NCBI GenBank assembly: GCA_029252265.1
Contig: JAQXBT010000001.1
Span: forward strand, 3,286-67,285
Length of the DNA stretch: 64,000 nt
From: Flavobacteriaceae bacterium
GTDB lineage: Bacteria > Bacteroidota > Bacteroidia > Flavobacteriales > Flavobacteriaceae
Reading direction: 5' to 3'
Part shown: positions 19,080-28,462 of the stretch, piece by piece
How positions within the stretch are numbered: position 1 is the first letter of the stretch
Layout: each line of letters begins with the position of its first letter
Made by a program: the position numbers and the translations under genes
Notes under the pieces: model-generated
Database searches by the model: none
Seen by the model: only the letters and a program-made list of their open reading frames with translations
Told to the model about the DNA's origin: nothing

Positions 19080-20390
19080 ATGCTACTAGTTTTTTTTACA
19101 ATCATATTTCAATTATTTTTTTTAAATAGTGTACAGGATTTTAAAATACTTAGCAGTCCCTCTGTCCATGGAGAAACCCTTGTCATTCTTAGAAATGATT
19201 CTATTTTTACTTTAGATCCTGTTACCTTAAAAACACTTTCGGCAATTAAACTTGATACACTTTTAACTTCAGTCGACCGTTATCATGCGATTTCAAGTCC
19301 ATTAAAATTGTTTCTACTCGCTAATGGATCTGGTGAAATTCGCACCATAGATGGTGCCCAAAATCATCGAATTGATCATTCAAACATGATTAATTTTCAA
19401 ATTAATGCCGCGGTTTTTAAACATCGAGATACCCTCTTTAAGTTTGGAGGATACGGATATTGGAGTGCCTCAAGAAATATGACTTTTTGGGATCAAACCA
19501 CTAAAGAGTGGGAGTTGTATTCCATTTCTAGTGAATCTGAGCTGCCTCCACCAAGTTTTGACTATACTTCCTTCTATTCCGATAATAAGTTTAGAATATT
19601 GAGCGGAAAAATTCTGGATTCTATAAATCCGACCAATGATATGCGAATATCTATGCCTTATACGTTTGACTTTAACTCAAAAAGTTGGCATAAGACCACT
19701 ACTGGAAACGACTATTATTTTGGCTTTGAGTATAGCTCTGACACTATCTCATTATTGCTCCAAGAGGATCAAATTATTGTTTTTGATTGGAAAAACAATC
19801 TTAAAAAAATTTATAATTCTAATTTTGTTGATGAAGTCGACCTGTCTCAAGGAATTGCTGTAATTAATCAAACAGTCTTTTTTATGAAAAGAAACACAAG
19901 TGATAGCACCTTACATCAAGTTGCACTAAAAGATTTTTTAGGGACTCAGGTAGAATCGAATACAATTTATAAATCTAAAATTAGCAATTCATATTCACTC
20001 ACTCTGTTTGGTCTTTTTTTAGTCGGTACCATTGGGTTGATTTTATTTTTTAAACGAAAAAAAGTGATTAGAATCAAGTCGAACTATTTACATTATAACA
20101 ATCGGTTGCTTCAAATCCCTGAGTCAACTCTTGGAGTCCTTACTTTTATTGCAAATAATCCCACCTTTAAAACAAATGACCTTTATGATCTTTTGTATAA
20201 TCCTTCTTTGCACCCAAATCATGTGTATAAAGTTATTACTTATGAGTTGAAAAAAATTGAAGATTTACTTAAAATAATTACAGGGACAAATGCACCTGTT
20301 TTTGTGAAAAGTAAATTCAATAAAGACCGTCGAATCACAATTATTTCTCTGCAACTAAAGGATTATCCTCTTCAAGCTAATGTAACATAA
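19080..20390 (+). CDS. Hypothetical membrane-anchored sensor (Kelch-like periplasmic region, one TM, possible winged-helix C-terminus)
   Basis: 436 aa; signal peptide; LFKFGGYGYW..WELY Kelch-like motif; TM LTLFGLFLVGTIGLILFF followed by KRKK; ~110 aa cytoplasmic tail. Confidence 0.6.
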   Translation: MLLVFFTIIFQLFFLNSVQDFKILSSPSVHGETLVILRNDSIFTLDPVTLKTLSAIKLDTLLTSVDRYHAISSPLKLFLLANGSGEIRTIDGAQNHRIDHSNMINFQINAAVFKHRDTLFKFGGYGYWSASRNMTFWDQTTKEWELYSISSESELPPPSFDYTSFYSDNKFRILSGKILDSINPTNDMRISMPYTFDFNSKSWHKTTTGNDYYFGFEYSSDTISLLLQEDQIIVFDWKNNLKKIYNSNFVDEVDLSQGIAVINQTVFFMKRNTSDSTLHQVALKDFLGTQVESNTIYKSKISNSYSLTLFGLFLVGTIGLILFFKRKKVIRIKSNYLHYNNRLLQIPESTLGVLTFIANNPTFKTNDLYDLLYNPSLHPNHVYKVITYELKKIEDLLKIITGTNAPVFVKSKFNKDRRITIISLQLKDYPLQANVT

Positions 20391-20402
20391 CGCATCATTG
20401 AT

Positions 20403-23400
20403 TTACTGTTTTATAAATTTAAGCGTGTCTGTGTTTTCGTTTTCTGAGATTTCAATAAAATAAATTCCAGATGGAAGCGCCTCTACATTAATTTGATTTA
20501 CCATTTTCGCTTCCAACATCTTTTGTCCAGTTACCGTGAAAACGACAACTTCAAACTGTGTTGAATTTCCTAGTATGTTCAGCACAGACTGTGTTGGATT
20601 TGGATAAATCACTGGGGTTGTAAACACGACATCAGGGATGCTTAGCGGCTCGGTATTGTGAGCATCTGGACTTCCATATAGGTTGTTACAACTCCAGCTT
20701 TGTGGAAGGCTATTATCAAGCTCTGGATCTGTCAGCTCAAGCGTGTATCCGGTGTCATTTGGACAGTCGATCCATGGGGTTTCGGAAGTATAAACAACCT
20801 GATCTTGAAGAATATTAGCCGCATCATATAAACGGACACTATCTCCACCAGACCCTAGCCCAAATCCTAAATCGCCAATATAGTTTGTGATTTGAGGGAA
20901 TACAGCCGTAAAATCTACAGCATCTTTTACGACCACAATAAAGCCTTCTGCGTCAATTGAAGTGCCGTTTGGAATCGTATAGATATGAGAGTTGTCACTA
21001 TCTTTTATAAGCCATAAGGAGATGTCTACGGAATAGGGGTTTGGATTATATAATTCAATCCAATCATCTGCATTGAAATCAGGCCCTGAGTTATAATTAA
21101 CTTCATTAATAACTAAGAGTTTTTCGTTCTCTACTGCTGAGAAATTTGGAGTGATTTCAAAACTAGTTGTTAAGTTTACGTTTATGGTGGCGTTCGTAGC
21201 ACTACTACCACCACTCCAGTGTGAAAACTCAAAACCTGCTTCTGGAATCGCTGTTAACTGAACGGGCACCGATTCGAAGTAGTCACCCATCCAAGCGCTT
21301 TCTTGTATTTTCAGGTTTTGATTCACCTCTACAAAGCCTTCAGAAGTATCATTATTTGTAATGGTTAAGGGATGGTATGCTGGCAAATTGAAGTTCGATT
21401 TAAGGTGCTCTTTAGCAATCGCTGGTCTTTCGTTTGCAAATGTTTTCATCAGGTCAACATAATATCCAACCCATTGATTTATTTCACTAAATCTATCGCC
21501 AATATTCACTCCAATCCATGTAAGTGTAGGGTCTAAACGCCAACGCAGATAATGGTCAATAACTTCTGGTTGAATGGATTGATAGACCTGGTCAATATGT
21601 GTATTTAGAGCACTAGAAAGGAATCGTGTATTCAATTCGTCTGCATAGCGGTTTATAAATTGGTTTCTAAATCCAATATTTGTGACTAATTTTCTAAATA
21701 ACAAGGTGGACCATGCAGGGTTTGGCCAACCAGGTCCATTCGTTTCTAATGCGAAACTTAGGGTGTCATGATTATAATTCTGCTCATTAAAAAATGACGC
21801 AAATCCAAAATCGGTATCATATAAAATCCAACGCCACTTCCCTTCTGGATGATTCCAGAATTTTATGTTATTTCCGGGCCAATCAGAATTGCTTATAAAA
21901 ACATTCGTCGCTTGGTAGAGCGCATAATTGGTTAGGTCAATTCGGTCACTAACATATTTAAAATTAGCATCTATACTCAAATTAACAGAACTGATATACC
22001 CGATCAACTCATTGTAATCGGTATTATCCCCTTCTACAATTTCTGCATTTTTTGTTAGGATGGTAATGTCATCAGCATCAATGTTGTGCTTTGCGGCTAA
22101 CATATGTTCGTTGTTTTTTTCACGCATATTGTACATACCCCAATAGTCTCCATTAATATAAGTTGCCACCGAATTATGTTCTTGAAAGTCAATTCCAGAC
22201 CCACGCATTAAGCTGGTTACCATGATATCTTTCATTGAAGATCGCATCCAGTCTTGCCCCGAATTCCTTAAAATAACCGATTGAAAATCGTCATAATTTA
22301 GTTCATCAAAAAAGGGATGGTCAAATTTCGAATCGCCATATTGACCTCTGGCAAATAATGAGAGCGATCGTTGCCCGTTTTGGCCTCGACTCCAGGCGCC
22401 ATATATTTTTATGCCAGCATCAAACTCTGCAGCAATCGTATTGGTGTCGCTTTCATGAAATGAAATATGTACAGGACGCTCCCAATCTTCCCAAAAGTTA
22501 GCACCAAAATATGGAATGTTATTATTGAAACTTCCTTGCGGCCCATAGACATAGATACCCGTGTCTTCGTTGAATAAGTTTTCTGGGTCTGTCGTTAAAA
22601 AAACAGTATCTAAATCGGAGCTAGGCTCAAAAACATAGGTTTTGCTATAACAAGGGGAAGGAAGGTAATTGTCTTGAAAAATACGTGCGCGTACCACCGT
22701 ATTTTCACTTATTTGTATGGGCCATACATGAAGTGGACTTGCTTCCGTTGGAATGGTTGCATCGGTTGTATATCGAATGGATTGCCCACTTAAATTTCCA
22801 GAAAGGGTTAGATTTGTTTGCCCACTTAAAAATCCGCCATCTTTCGAAAAGATTACGCTAGAACCAATGGCCCCTAAAAAATCATTACTAGAGTTTACAG
22901 ACCCAGGGGTCATTTCGGTATAGCTAACCAAGTTCCCATTGGTTACCGATACGCCATAGGAAGTGTTTGGTGGTAAGTTTTCAATGACGAGCTGATCTAC
23001 TAGTGTACCTGTTCCATCACTTAAAGTAAGGGTTTCGGAGTTAGATGCTATTTTAAAGTTTGTGTGAAGGTTGCCACTGGTAAGCCCTAAGATTTCTGGC
23101 GGGCTAACACCAGAGCTGTTAGGCGTTGAAAAAAGGGCTGATAAAAAAGGTATGATCGTAAAATCGGAAGAGCCTGCGCTAATGTTATGACCTTGGATTG
23201 TTAAAATATTTTCGCCAGCGTTTAATAAGCTTTCAGGGTTTGAAATTAAAAAACGCTCGGGGGTACCTCCGGAATACATTAACGCTTCATGATCTTGGAT
23301 TGTAGGTGAGTTATAGGGAGGAGGGACGCCATTAATGTTGGCTCTAGCAACTTCAATACCGTTGATATAAGCCACAAAAGCATCGTCATAATCCATGTCA

Positions 23401-23936
23401 AGAATTAAAGAGGTTAGAGTGCTCAAATCGGAAACATTAAAAGAAACTCTTAAATAGACGGATTGTGTTCCGTTAGGCAGTTCTGTAGCATCATCTCCAT
23501 CGGCATATCCAAATCCAGAATTGCCTTGTGACCATCCTGAATCATCAAAACTAGCGATTTTCCAATTCGGGTCTGGTTCAGAATTTGGAGTTAAATATTT
23601 AAAGGAATCCCCTTGATTTACCAAAGTTGTCGCAAAAGACACCTCAGATCGGTTTTTTGAAGATGCCCACACGAGCAGATATTGATCTGGACTAAGGGTC
23701 ATATTTGGAAAAACCCATTTTGTAAGACCTAGTACATCATCAGATAAAGACCAGCCATTAATCGATACGTTTTGGGAGCCAAAATTATGTAATTCAATCC
23801 AATCTGGAGAGTCTCCATCCTCATCAATATAAAGTGAATTCGATGAAGTTACCTCGTTTATTCTAACGGTTTGAGCTGACACAGTTGCCATAAATACAAT
23901 AATTAGTATTGATGTGGTTAAAAGTCTAATAATCAT
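20403..23936 (-). CDS. T9SS-secreted CotH kinase family protein with lamin-tail, Fn3-associated and B-repeat domains
   Basis: Start moved to ATG at 23936 (TATATTTG element at 23967-23974); INEV...DWIELHN and INEVNYN...DWIELYN (LTD); IRYTTDATIP; YWGMYNMRE, DWPGNN, WRWILYDTDFGF (CotH); IYPNPT...KFIKQ CTD. Confidence 0.88.
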   Translation of the reverse strand: MIIRLLTTSILIIVFMATVSAQTVRINEVTSSNSLYIDEDGDSPDWIELHNFGSQNVSINGWSLSDDVLGLTKWVFPNMTLSPDQYLLVWASSKNRSEVSFATTLVNQGDSFKYLTPNSEPDPNWKIASFDDSGWSQGNSGFGYADGDDATELPNGTQSVYLRVSFNVSDLSTLTSLILDMDYDDAFVAYINGIEVARANINGVPPPYNSPTIQDHEALMYSGGTPERFLISNPESLLNAGENILTIQGHNISAGSSDFTIIPFLSALFSTPNSSGVSPPEILGLTSGNLHTNFKIASNSETLTLSDGTGTLVDQLVIENLPPNTSYGVSVTNGNLVSYTEMTPGSVNSSNDFLGAIGSSVIFSKDGGFLSGQTNLTLSGNLSGQSIRYTTDATIPTEASPLHVWPIQISENTVVRARIFQDNYLPSPCYSKTYVFEPSSDLDTVFLTTDPENLFNEDTGIYVYGPQGSFNNNIPYFGANFWEDWERPVHISFHESDTNTIAAEFDAGIKIYGAWSRGQNGQRSLSLFARGQYGDSKFDHPFFDELNYDDFQSVILRNSGQDWMRSSMKDIMVTSLMRGSGIDFQEHNSVATYINGDYWGMYNMREKNNEHMLAAKHNIDADDITILTKNAEIVEGDNTDYNELIGYISSVNLSIDANFKYVSDRIDLTNYALYQATNVFISNSDWPGNNIKFWNHPEGKWRWILYDTDFGFASFFNEQNYNHDTLSFALETNGPGWPNPAWSTLLFRKLVTNIGFRNQFINRYADELNTRFLSSALNTHIDQVYQSIQPEVIDHYLRWRLDPTLTWIGVNIGDRFSEINQWVGYYVDLMKTFANERPAIAKEHLKSNFNLPAYHPLTITNNDTSEGFVEVNQNLKIQESAWMGDYFESVPVQLTAIPEAGFEFSHWSGGSSATNATINVNLTTSFEITPNFSAVENEKLLVINEVNYNSGPDFNADDWIELYNPNPYSVDISLWLIKDSDNSHIYTIPNGTSIDAEGFIVVVKDAVDFTAVFPQITNYIGDLGFGLGSGGDSVRLYDAANILQDQVVYTSETPWIDCPNDTGYTLELTDPELDNSLPQSWSCNNLYGSPDAHNTEPLSIPDVVFTTPVIYPNPTQSVLNILGNSTQFEVVVFTVTGQKMLEAKMVNQINVEALPSGIYFIEISENENTDTLKFIKQ

Positions 23937-24129
23937 AAAAGGAATATAAGTGGATGTTTTTAAGATCAAATATAATTAATATCATTCAAGAAAACAAACC
24001 GTAAAACCTTGTTAACTTCGACACTTATTTAGGGTTGTTAAACAGAATAAGGACAGATTAAGATACAAAACTAGATATATCAGGGTAGTGGACCAATGCT
24101 GTAATAAAAGTTTGATTCGTCAACGCTTA

Positions 24130-24179
24130 TTACGTCAAAGCTTCGTTTGTTACGTTAAAATAACCGATGGTTACATGAC
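24130..24179 (+). promoter_or_regulatory. Putative LytTR-type direct-repeat operator
   Basis: TTACGTCAAA (24130), TTACGTTAAA (24150), TTACATGAC (24171); spacing 20 and 21 bp; a LytTR gene lies ~350 bp downstream. Confidence 0.55.
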
Positions 24180-24278
24180 GCTAGTGTTTTAGCTAAATCA
24201 GGCTTTTATTTGATGTCTGTATTAAAAATGAAAATTCATTCTTAATTCTTCTATATCATCTTAATTTTCAAATTTACT

Positions 24279-24485
24279 ATGAAAACTTTTTCACTGATTT
24301 TATTTTTTATTGGAGGATTTGCTGTCGCTCAACAAGAACAGTCGCCTCAGGATTCCGTTAATGTGATTAATCGTTCCCTTATTCTAAAATTAGGAATAAA
24401 CTTAGTTGATAGCACAGAAAAGAAGTCCTCCTTTAATATATTTAACAACTTTGAGCAAATGGCCCACGATGAACAATCACACTAA
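24279..24485 (+). pseudogene. Short exported ORF, probably a truncated outer-membrane beta-barrel gene
   Basis: 68 aa; clean signal peptide (AVA/Q), one amphipathic strand (LILKLGINLVDS), then an abrupt end. Confidence 0.45.
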
Positions 24486-24521
24486 TTTGTGTGATCCAAA
24501 CTCGCCTTATATTTACACAAG

Positions 24522-25283
24522 ATGTCAAAAATCAGCACCATCCTCGTAGATGATGAAACAAAAAACAATGAACTATTATGTATTTATTTAGAAAAACATT
24601 GCCCTATTGTTGAAGTAGTTGCTATATCAACTTCTGTGGATGATGCGATCGCAAAAATAAATAAACTCAAGCCAAAGCTCATTTTTTTAGATATTGTAAT
24701 GGATAAAGGTACGGGATTTGATGTTGTTGAGGGAATAAAATATGAAGATTACCTGGTTGTTTTTATAACGGCCTACCAAGAATATGCAATAACTGCTTTT
24801 AAGTTTAATGCAATAGATTTTCTTTTAAAACCGATAGATTCAAAAGACCTTATAGTCACTGTTAAAAAAGTTGAAGACAGTCTTAATAATGAATTTTTTA
24901 CGACCTCAACTCAGATTGAATCCGCTAAAACTTCAATTGCTGCTAAAACTTCAGATTACAATTTTATAGCAATTCCATCTACAAAAAAGATTGATTTCAT
25001 TCGGATAGACGACATATTGTATTTTGAGTCTGATGGAAGATATACGATTATTCATCTTTTAGATAAAACAACATTTTTTGTTTCAAAAAATATTGGAGAG
25101 TATGACAAGATATTAGCGCCCAATTATTTTTTTAGAATTCATAAAAAATTCTTAATTAATCTAAAATATATCGTTAACATTAATAATTCTGATGGAAGTA
25201 GTTGTGAGCTCGTTGGTAGTCTTGTGTTGCCAGTTGCAAAACGCCGAAAGGAGGGGCTAGTGTCCTTTTTGAACATTAAGTAA
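24522..25283 (+). CDS. LytTR family response regulator
   Basis: 253 aa; ILVDDE, IFLDIVM, FITAY..YAI.AF, DFLLKP receiver motifs; ILYFESDGRYT, FFRIHKKFLIN, PVAKRRK LytTR motifs. Confidence 0.93.
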   Translation: MSKISTILVDDETKNNELLCIYLEKHCPIVEVVAISTSVDDAIAKINKLKPKLIFLDIVMDKGTGFDVVEGIKYEDYLVVFITAYQEYAITAFKFNAIDFLLKPIDSKDLIVTVKKVEDSLNNEFFTTSTQIESAKTSIAAKTSDYNFIAIPSTKKIDFIRIDDILYFESDGRYTIIHLLDKTTFFVSKNIGEYDKILAPNYFFRIHKKFLINLKYIVNINNSDGSSCELVGSLVLPVAKRRKEGLVSFLNIK

Positions 25284-25427
25284 TTTAACACTCTTAATGT
25301 TGAATTTTATTTACCTTTTTTATATAAACATTGTTTTTTTCTTATTATGATTATATCGAATCCTGATTCAAATTATAATTTGCTCAAATTTTAATTTTTT
25401 AACTATCTTAGGCCTTTACTTATTTCT

Positions 25428-28235
25428 ATGAGAATAGTTCAGTATATTATAGTTTTATTTGCGGTGTTTTTTGCTTTTTCTCAAGAGCATCCTCCGTTAG
25501 TTGCTTATGATCCTGGAGTTTATGGGGCTGAAAACCAAAACTGGGATGTTTCCCAAACGTCTGACCAAACCATGTATTTTGCGAATAACTCTGGTTTATT
25601 AGAGTACGATGGTATGAATTGGAAACTCTATCCAGTCCATGATAATTCTATTGTTAGATCCGTAAAAGCAGTTGACGACCAAATTTATTCTGGAAGCTAT
25701 ATGGACTTTGGTGTTTGGAAAAAAAACACAAAAAACGTTTTAGAATATACGTCATTGGTTCAACAGTTGGACATTGAACTTATAGAAGATGAGCAATTTT
25801 GGAATATTATTAAATTAGATGATTGGTTGGTTTTTCAATCTTCATTAAGAATTTATTTCGTCAACCTTCTTACTGATAAAGTCTCCTCCATAGAATCGGA
25901 ACACTCCATCTCAAATATTTTTGAAGTAAATGGGATTCTATATTTCAATAAATCTAATAAAGGGATTTATAAGATTATTAATGGGACTGTTGAGTTGGTG
26001 AGTAACGACCCTAAGTTTGCTTCTAGTAGCCTTGTCGGAGCGATTGAATTAAATGACCAGCTTCTTATCCTGACTTCAACAAATGGATTCCATTTTTTAA
26101 TTGATGGCAAGATTGTGCCTTGGGAAATTGACCCTCAGGTTGACTTAAGCTCACTTACGATATACAGTGTTAAAAAATTAAAAGATAACAGTATTGTGAT
26201 AGGAACCGTATCAAACGGGCTTTTTCATCTTACACCCGAAGGGCAACTTAAGTATGCACTTAATTTTGAAAAAGGATTAAGTAATAATACAGTTCTGACT
26301 GTTTTTGAAGATTTTCAAAATAATCTATGGCTTGGGTTGGATATTGGGATTGGTCATGTAAATTTATCATCCCAGTTTACAGTTTTTAACGATACCAAAG
26401 GTGCTATTGGTACCGTATATACATCGGTTATATTTGAGGACTATTTGTACATAGGAACGAATCAAGGCTTATTTTATAAACGAAGAGATTCCGATTCTGA
26501 ATTCACTTTTGTTGAAGGAACAAATGGTCAAGTATGGAATCTTAAAGTGATTGACAATCAACTTTTTTGCGGACATCATCGAGGGGCGTTATTAATTAAA
26601 AATCAAAAACTTGAATACGCTATTGAACAATCTCCTGGATCGTGGGACTTTAAGCAGTTAAAAGACAATCCAACTATTATTTTACAAGGTAATTACAATG
26701 GATTAAGTCTTTTAGAGAAAAAAGGAACTAAATGGCGTTTTAGAAATAAAATTCAAGGATTTGATATCTCGAGTCGTTTTTATCACCAAATTGGTGATCG
26801 AATATTGGTGAATCATGAGCTAAGAGGATTATATGAACTTTCCTTAAATCAAGACATGACCTCGGCATTAAAAGTTCGAAGTGTCACACCTTCTCCAAAA
26901 GGGAAAGGTTCTAATATTCTGAATTTCTCAAAAAATTATTACTACACCTCTTCTGAAGGAGTTTTTAAATACGAACCAAAAAACCAAAGATTTGTAAAAT
27001 CTGATCCATTTACTGACGTTCTAAAAGAGTTTTCAATACTGACAACCGTTATAGACGTTAAAGATTCTGATGGTTTAAAGTGGTGTTATGCAGATGATAA
27101 TATTTTAATTATTAGCACAGGAAGTGTTAGTAAAACGCCAATTATTGAAGTGATCCCGGTTGCATTGTCTAATTTTAAGAAAGTAGTTACTGGTTTTGAG
27201 AATTTAACGAAGATAAGCTCAGATGAGTATCTTTTGGGTTCAGCATATGGATACTACATACTAAACTCTAACACTCCTAAGCCAAACCATACTTATAATA
27301 TTAAAATTAACTCTGTAGAGGCGAGTAAGGTTAACGAAAACAAAACCCGTCTTGATGTAAATACCTCCCCAAGTCTCGACTTTGATATTAACAATATTTA
27401 CATAAACTATAGCATTCCTCATTACGACAATATTGTTTACAAAAAATATTCTTACAAATTAGAAGGCTGGTCTAATCATTGGTCTAACTGGTCCGCAGAT
27501 TCTCAACAGGTATTTGAAAATCTCCCATACGGAACCTATCAATTTAAAGTAAAAGGGAAAATTGGGAATTCTGAAACATTAAACATGGCTTCGTATACCT
27601 TCGTGATCAATCGGCCCTGGACACTTTCCAATTTAGCTATTACCTTGTATATGGTTCTTTTAATTGTATTATGGATTATAATTCATAATATTTATAAAGC
27701 ATATTACAGGAAAAAACAGCGAAACCTCCTTAAAAAATCTCAAGAAGATTTAGCGCTAAAAGAACTCGAAAGTTCTCAAAAATTAATGCAGTTAAAAAAC
27801 GAAAAATTAAAACTCGACATTGAAAGTAAAAATCGTGAGTTGGCAGTTTCGACCATGAGTCTAATTAAAAAGAATGAATTTTTAAACAGTATTAAAAGCG
27901 AACTAAAGGAAAAACAGGGTACAAGTCAAGATCTTAAAAAAGTGATTAAAATCATTGATAAAAATTTAAATAACACAGACGATTGGAAGTTGTTTGAAGA
28001 AGCTTTTAACAATGCTGATAAAGATTTCCTGAAGCTCATCAAAGACAAACACCCAGTCCTAACTCCAAATGATCTTCGTTTATGTGCATACTTGCGTTTA
28101 AATTTGTCCTCTAAAGAGATCGCACCATTGTTAAATATCTCTCCAAGAAGTGTAGAAGTCAAGCGATATCGTTTGCGAAAAAAAATGGATTTACCTCACG
28201 AATTTAGCCTGACTAATTATATTTTAGAAATATAA
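25428..28235 (+). CDS. Membrane-spanning one-component regulator (propeller + Y_Y_Y + TM + LuxR HTH) of PUL-B
   Basis: 935 aa; AENQNW, GLLEYDG, GLSNNTVL, YSYKLEG...WSNW...NLPYGTY, TM helix, LCAYLRLNLSSKEIAPLLNISPRSVEVKRYRLRKK. Confidence 0.92.
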   Translation: MRIVQYIIVLFAVFFAFSQEHPPLVAYDPGVYGAENQNWDVSQTSDQTMYFANNSGLLEYDGMNWKLYPVHDNSIVRSVKAVDDQIYSGSYMDFGVWKKNTKNVLEYTSLVQQLDIELIEDEQFWNIIKLDDWLVFQSSLRIYFVNLLTDKVSSIESEHSISNIFEVNGILYFNKSNKGIYKIINGTVELVSNDPKFASSSLVGAIELNDQLLILTSTNGFHFLIDGKIVPWEIDPQVDLSSLTIYSVKKLKDNSIVIGTVSNGLFHLTPEGQLKYALNFEKGLSNNTVLTVFEDFQNNLWLGLDIGIGHVNLSSQFTVFNDTKGAIGTVYTSVIFEDYLYIGTNQGLFYKRRDSDSEFTFVEGTNGQVWNLKVIDNQLFCGHHRGALLIKNQKLEYAIEQSPGSWDFKQLKDNPTIILQGNYNGLSLLEKKGTKWRFRNKIQGFDISSRFYHQIGDRILVNHELRGLYELSLNQDMTSALKVRSVTPSPKGKGSNILNFSKNYYYTSSEGVFKYEPKNQRFVKSDPFTDVLKEFSILTTVIDVKDSDGLKWCYADDNILIISTGSVSKTPIIEVIPVALSNFKKVVTGFENLTKISSDEYLLGSAYGYYILNSNTPKPNHTYNIKINSVEASKVNENKTRLDVNTSPSLDFDINNIYINYSIPHYDNIVYKKYSYKLEGWSNHWSNWSADSQQVFENLPYGTYQFKVKGKIGNSETLNMASYTFVINRPWTLSNLAITLYMVLLIVLWIIIHNIYKAYYRKKQRNLLKKSQEDLALKELESSQKLMQLKNEKLKLDIESKNRELAVSTMSLIKKNEFLNSIKSELKEKQGTSQDLKKVIKIIDKNLNNTDDWKLFEEAFNNADKDFLKLIKDKHPVLTPNDLRLCAYLRLNLSSKEIAPLLNISPRSVEVKRYRLRKKMDLPHEFSLTNYILEI

Positions 28236-28462
28236 AACAATACCTCTTTCTTTTTCACCCATACATTCACCCTACATTTAGGATTATTTAATACTTTTTC
28301 TTTTTTTACGGGATTCTCAAATTCACATTTTTAACCTATTAAATTGCAGTTTTCTTAAATTTTAAGTCTTTTTTTGCTTTGTATAACATTTGTTTTGGTT
28401 ATTAAAACAGAATTATCATTTTGTTGTAGTATTTTTATGAAAAATCAAATAAAATTAATTTT

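Noticed and set aside
17934-25427. Spacer between the opposed PULs considered as an invertible segment or mobile island
   Set aside because: No recombinase, transposase, tRNA or flanking repeats found by eye; HGT cannot be excluded without comparative genomes.
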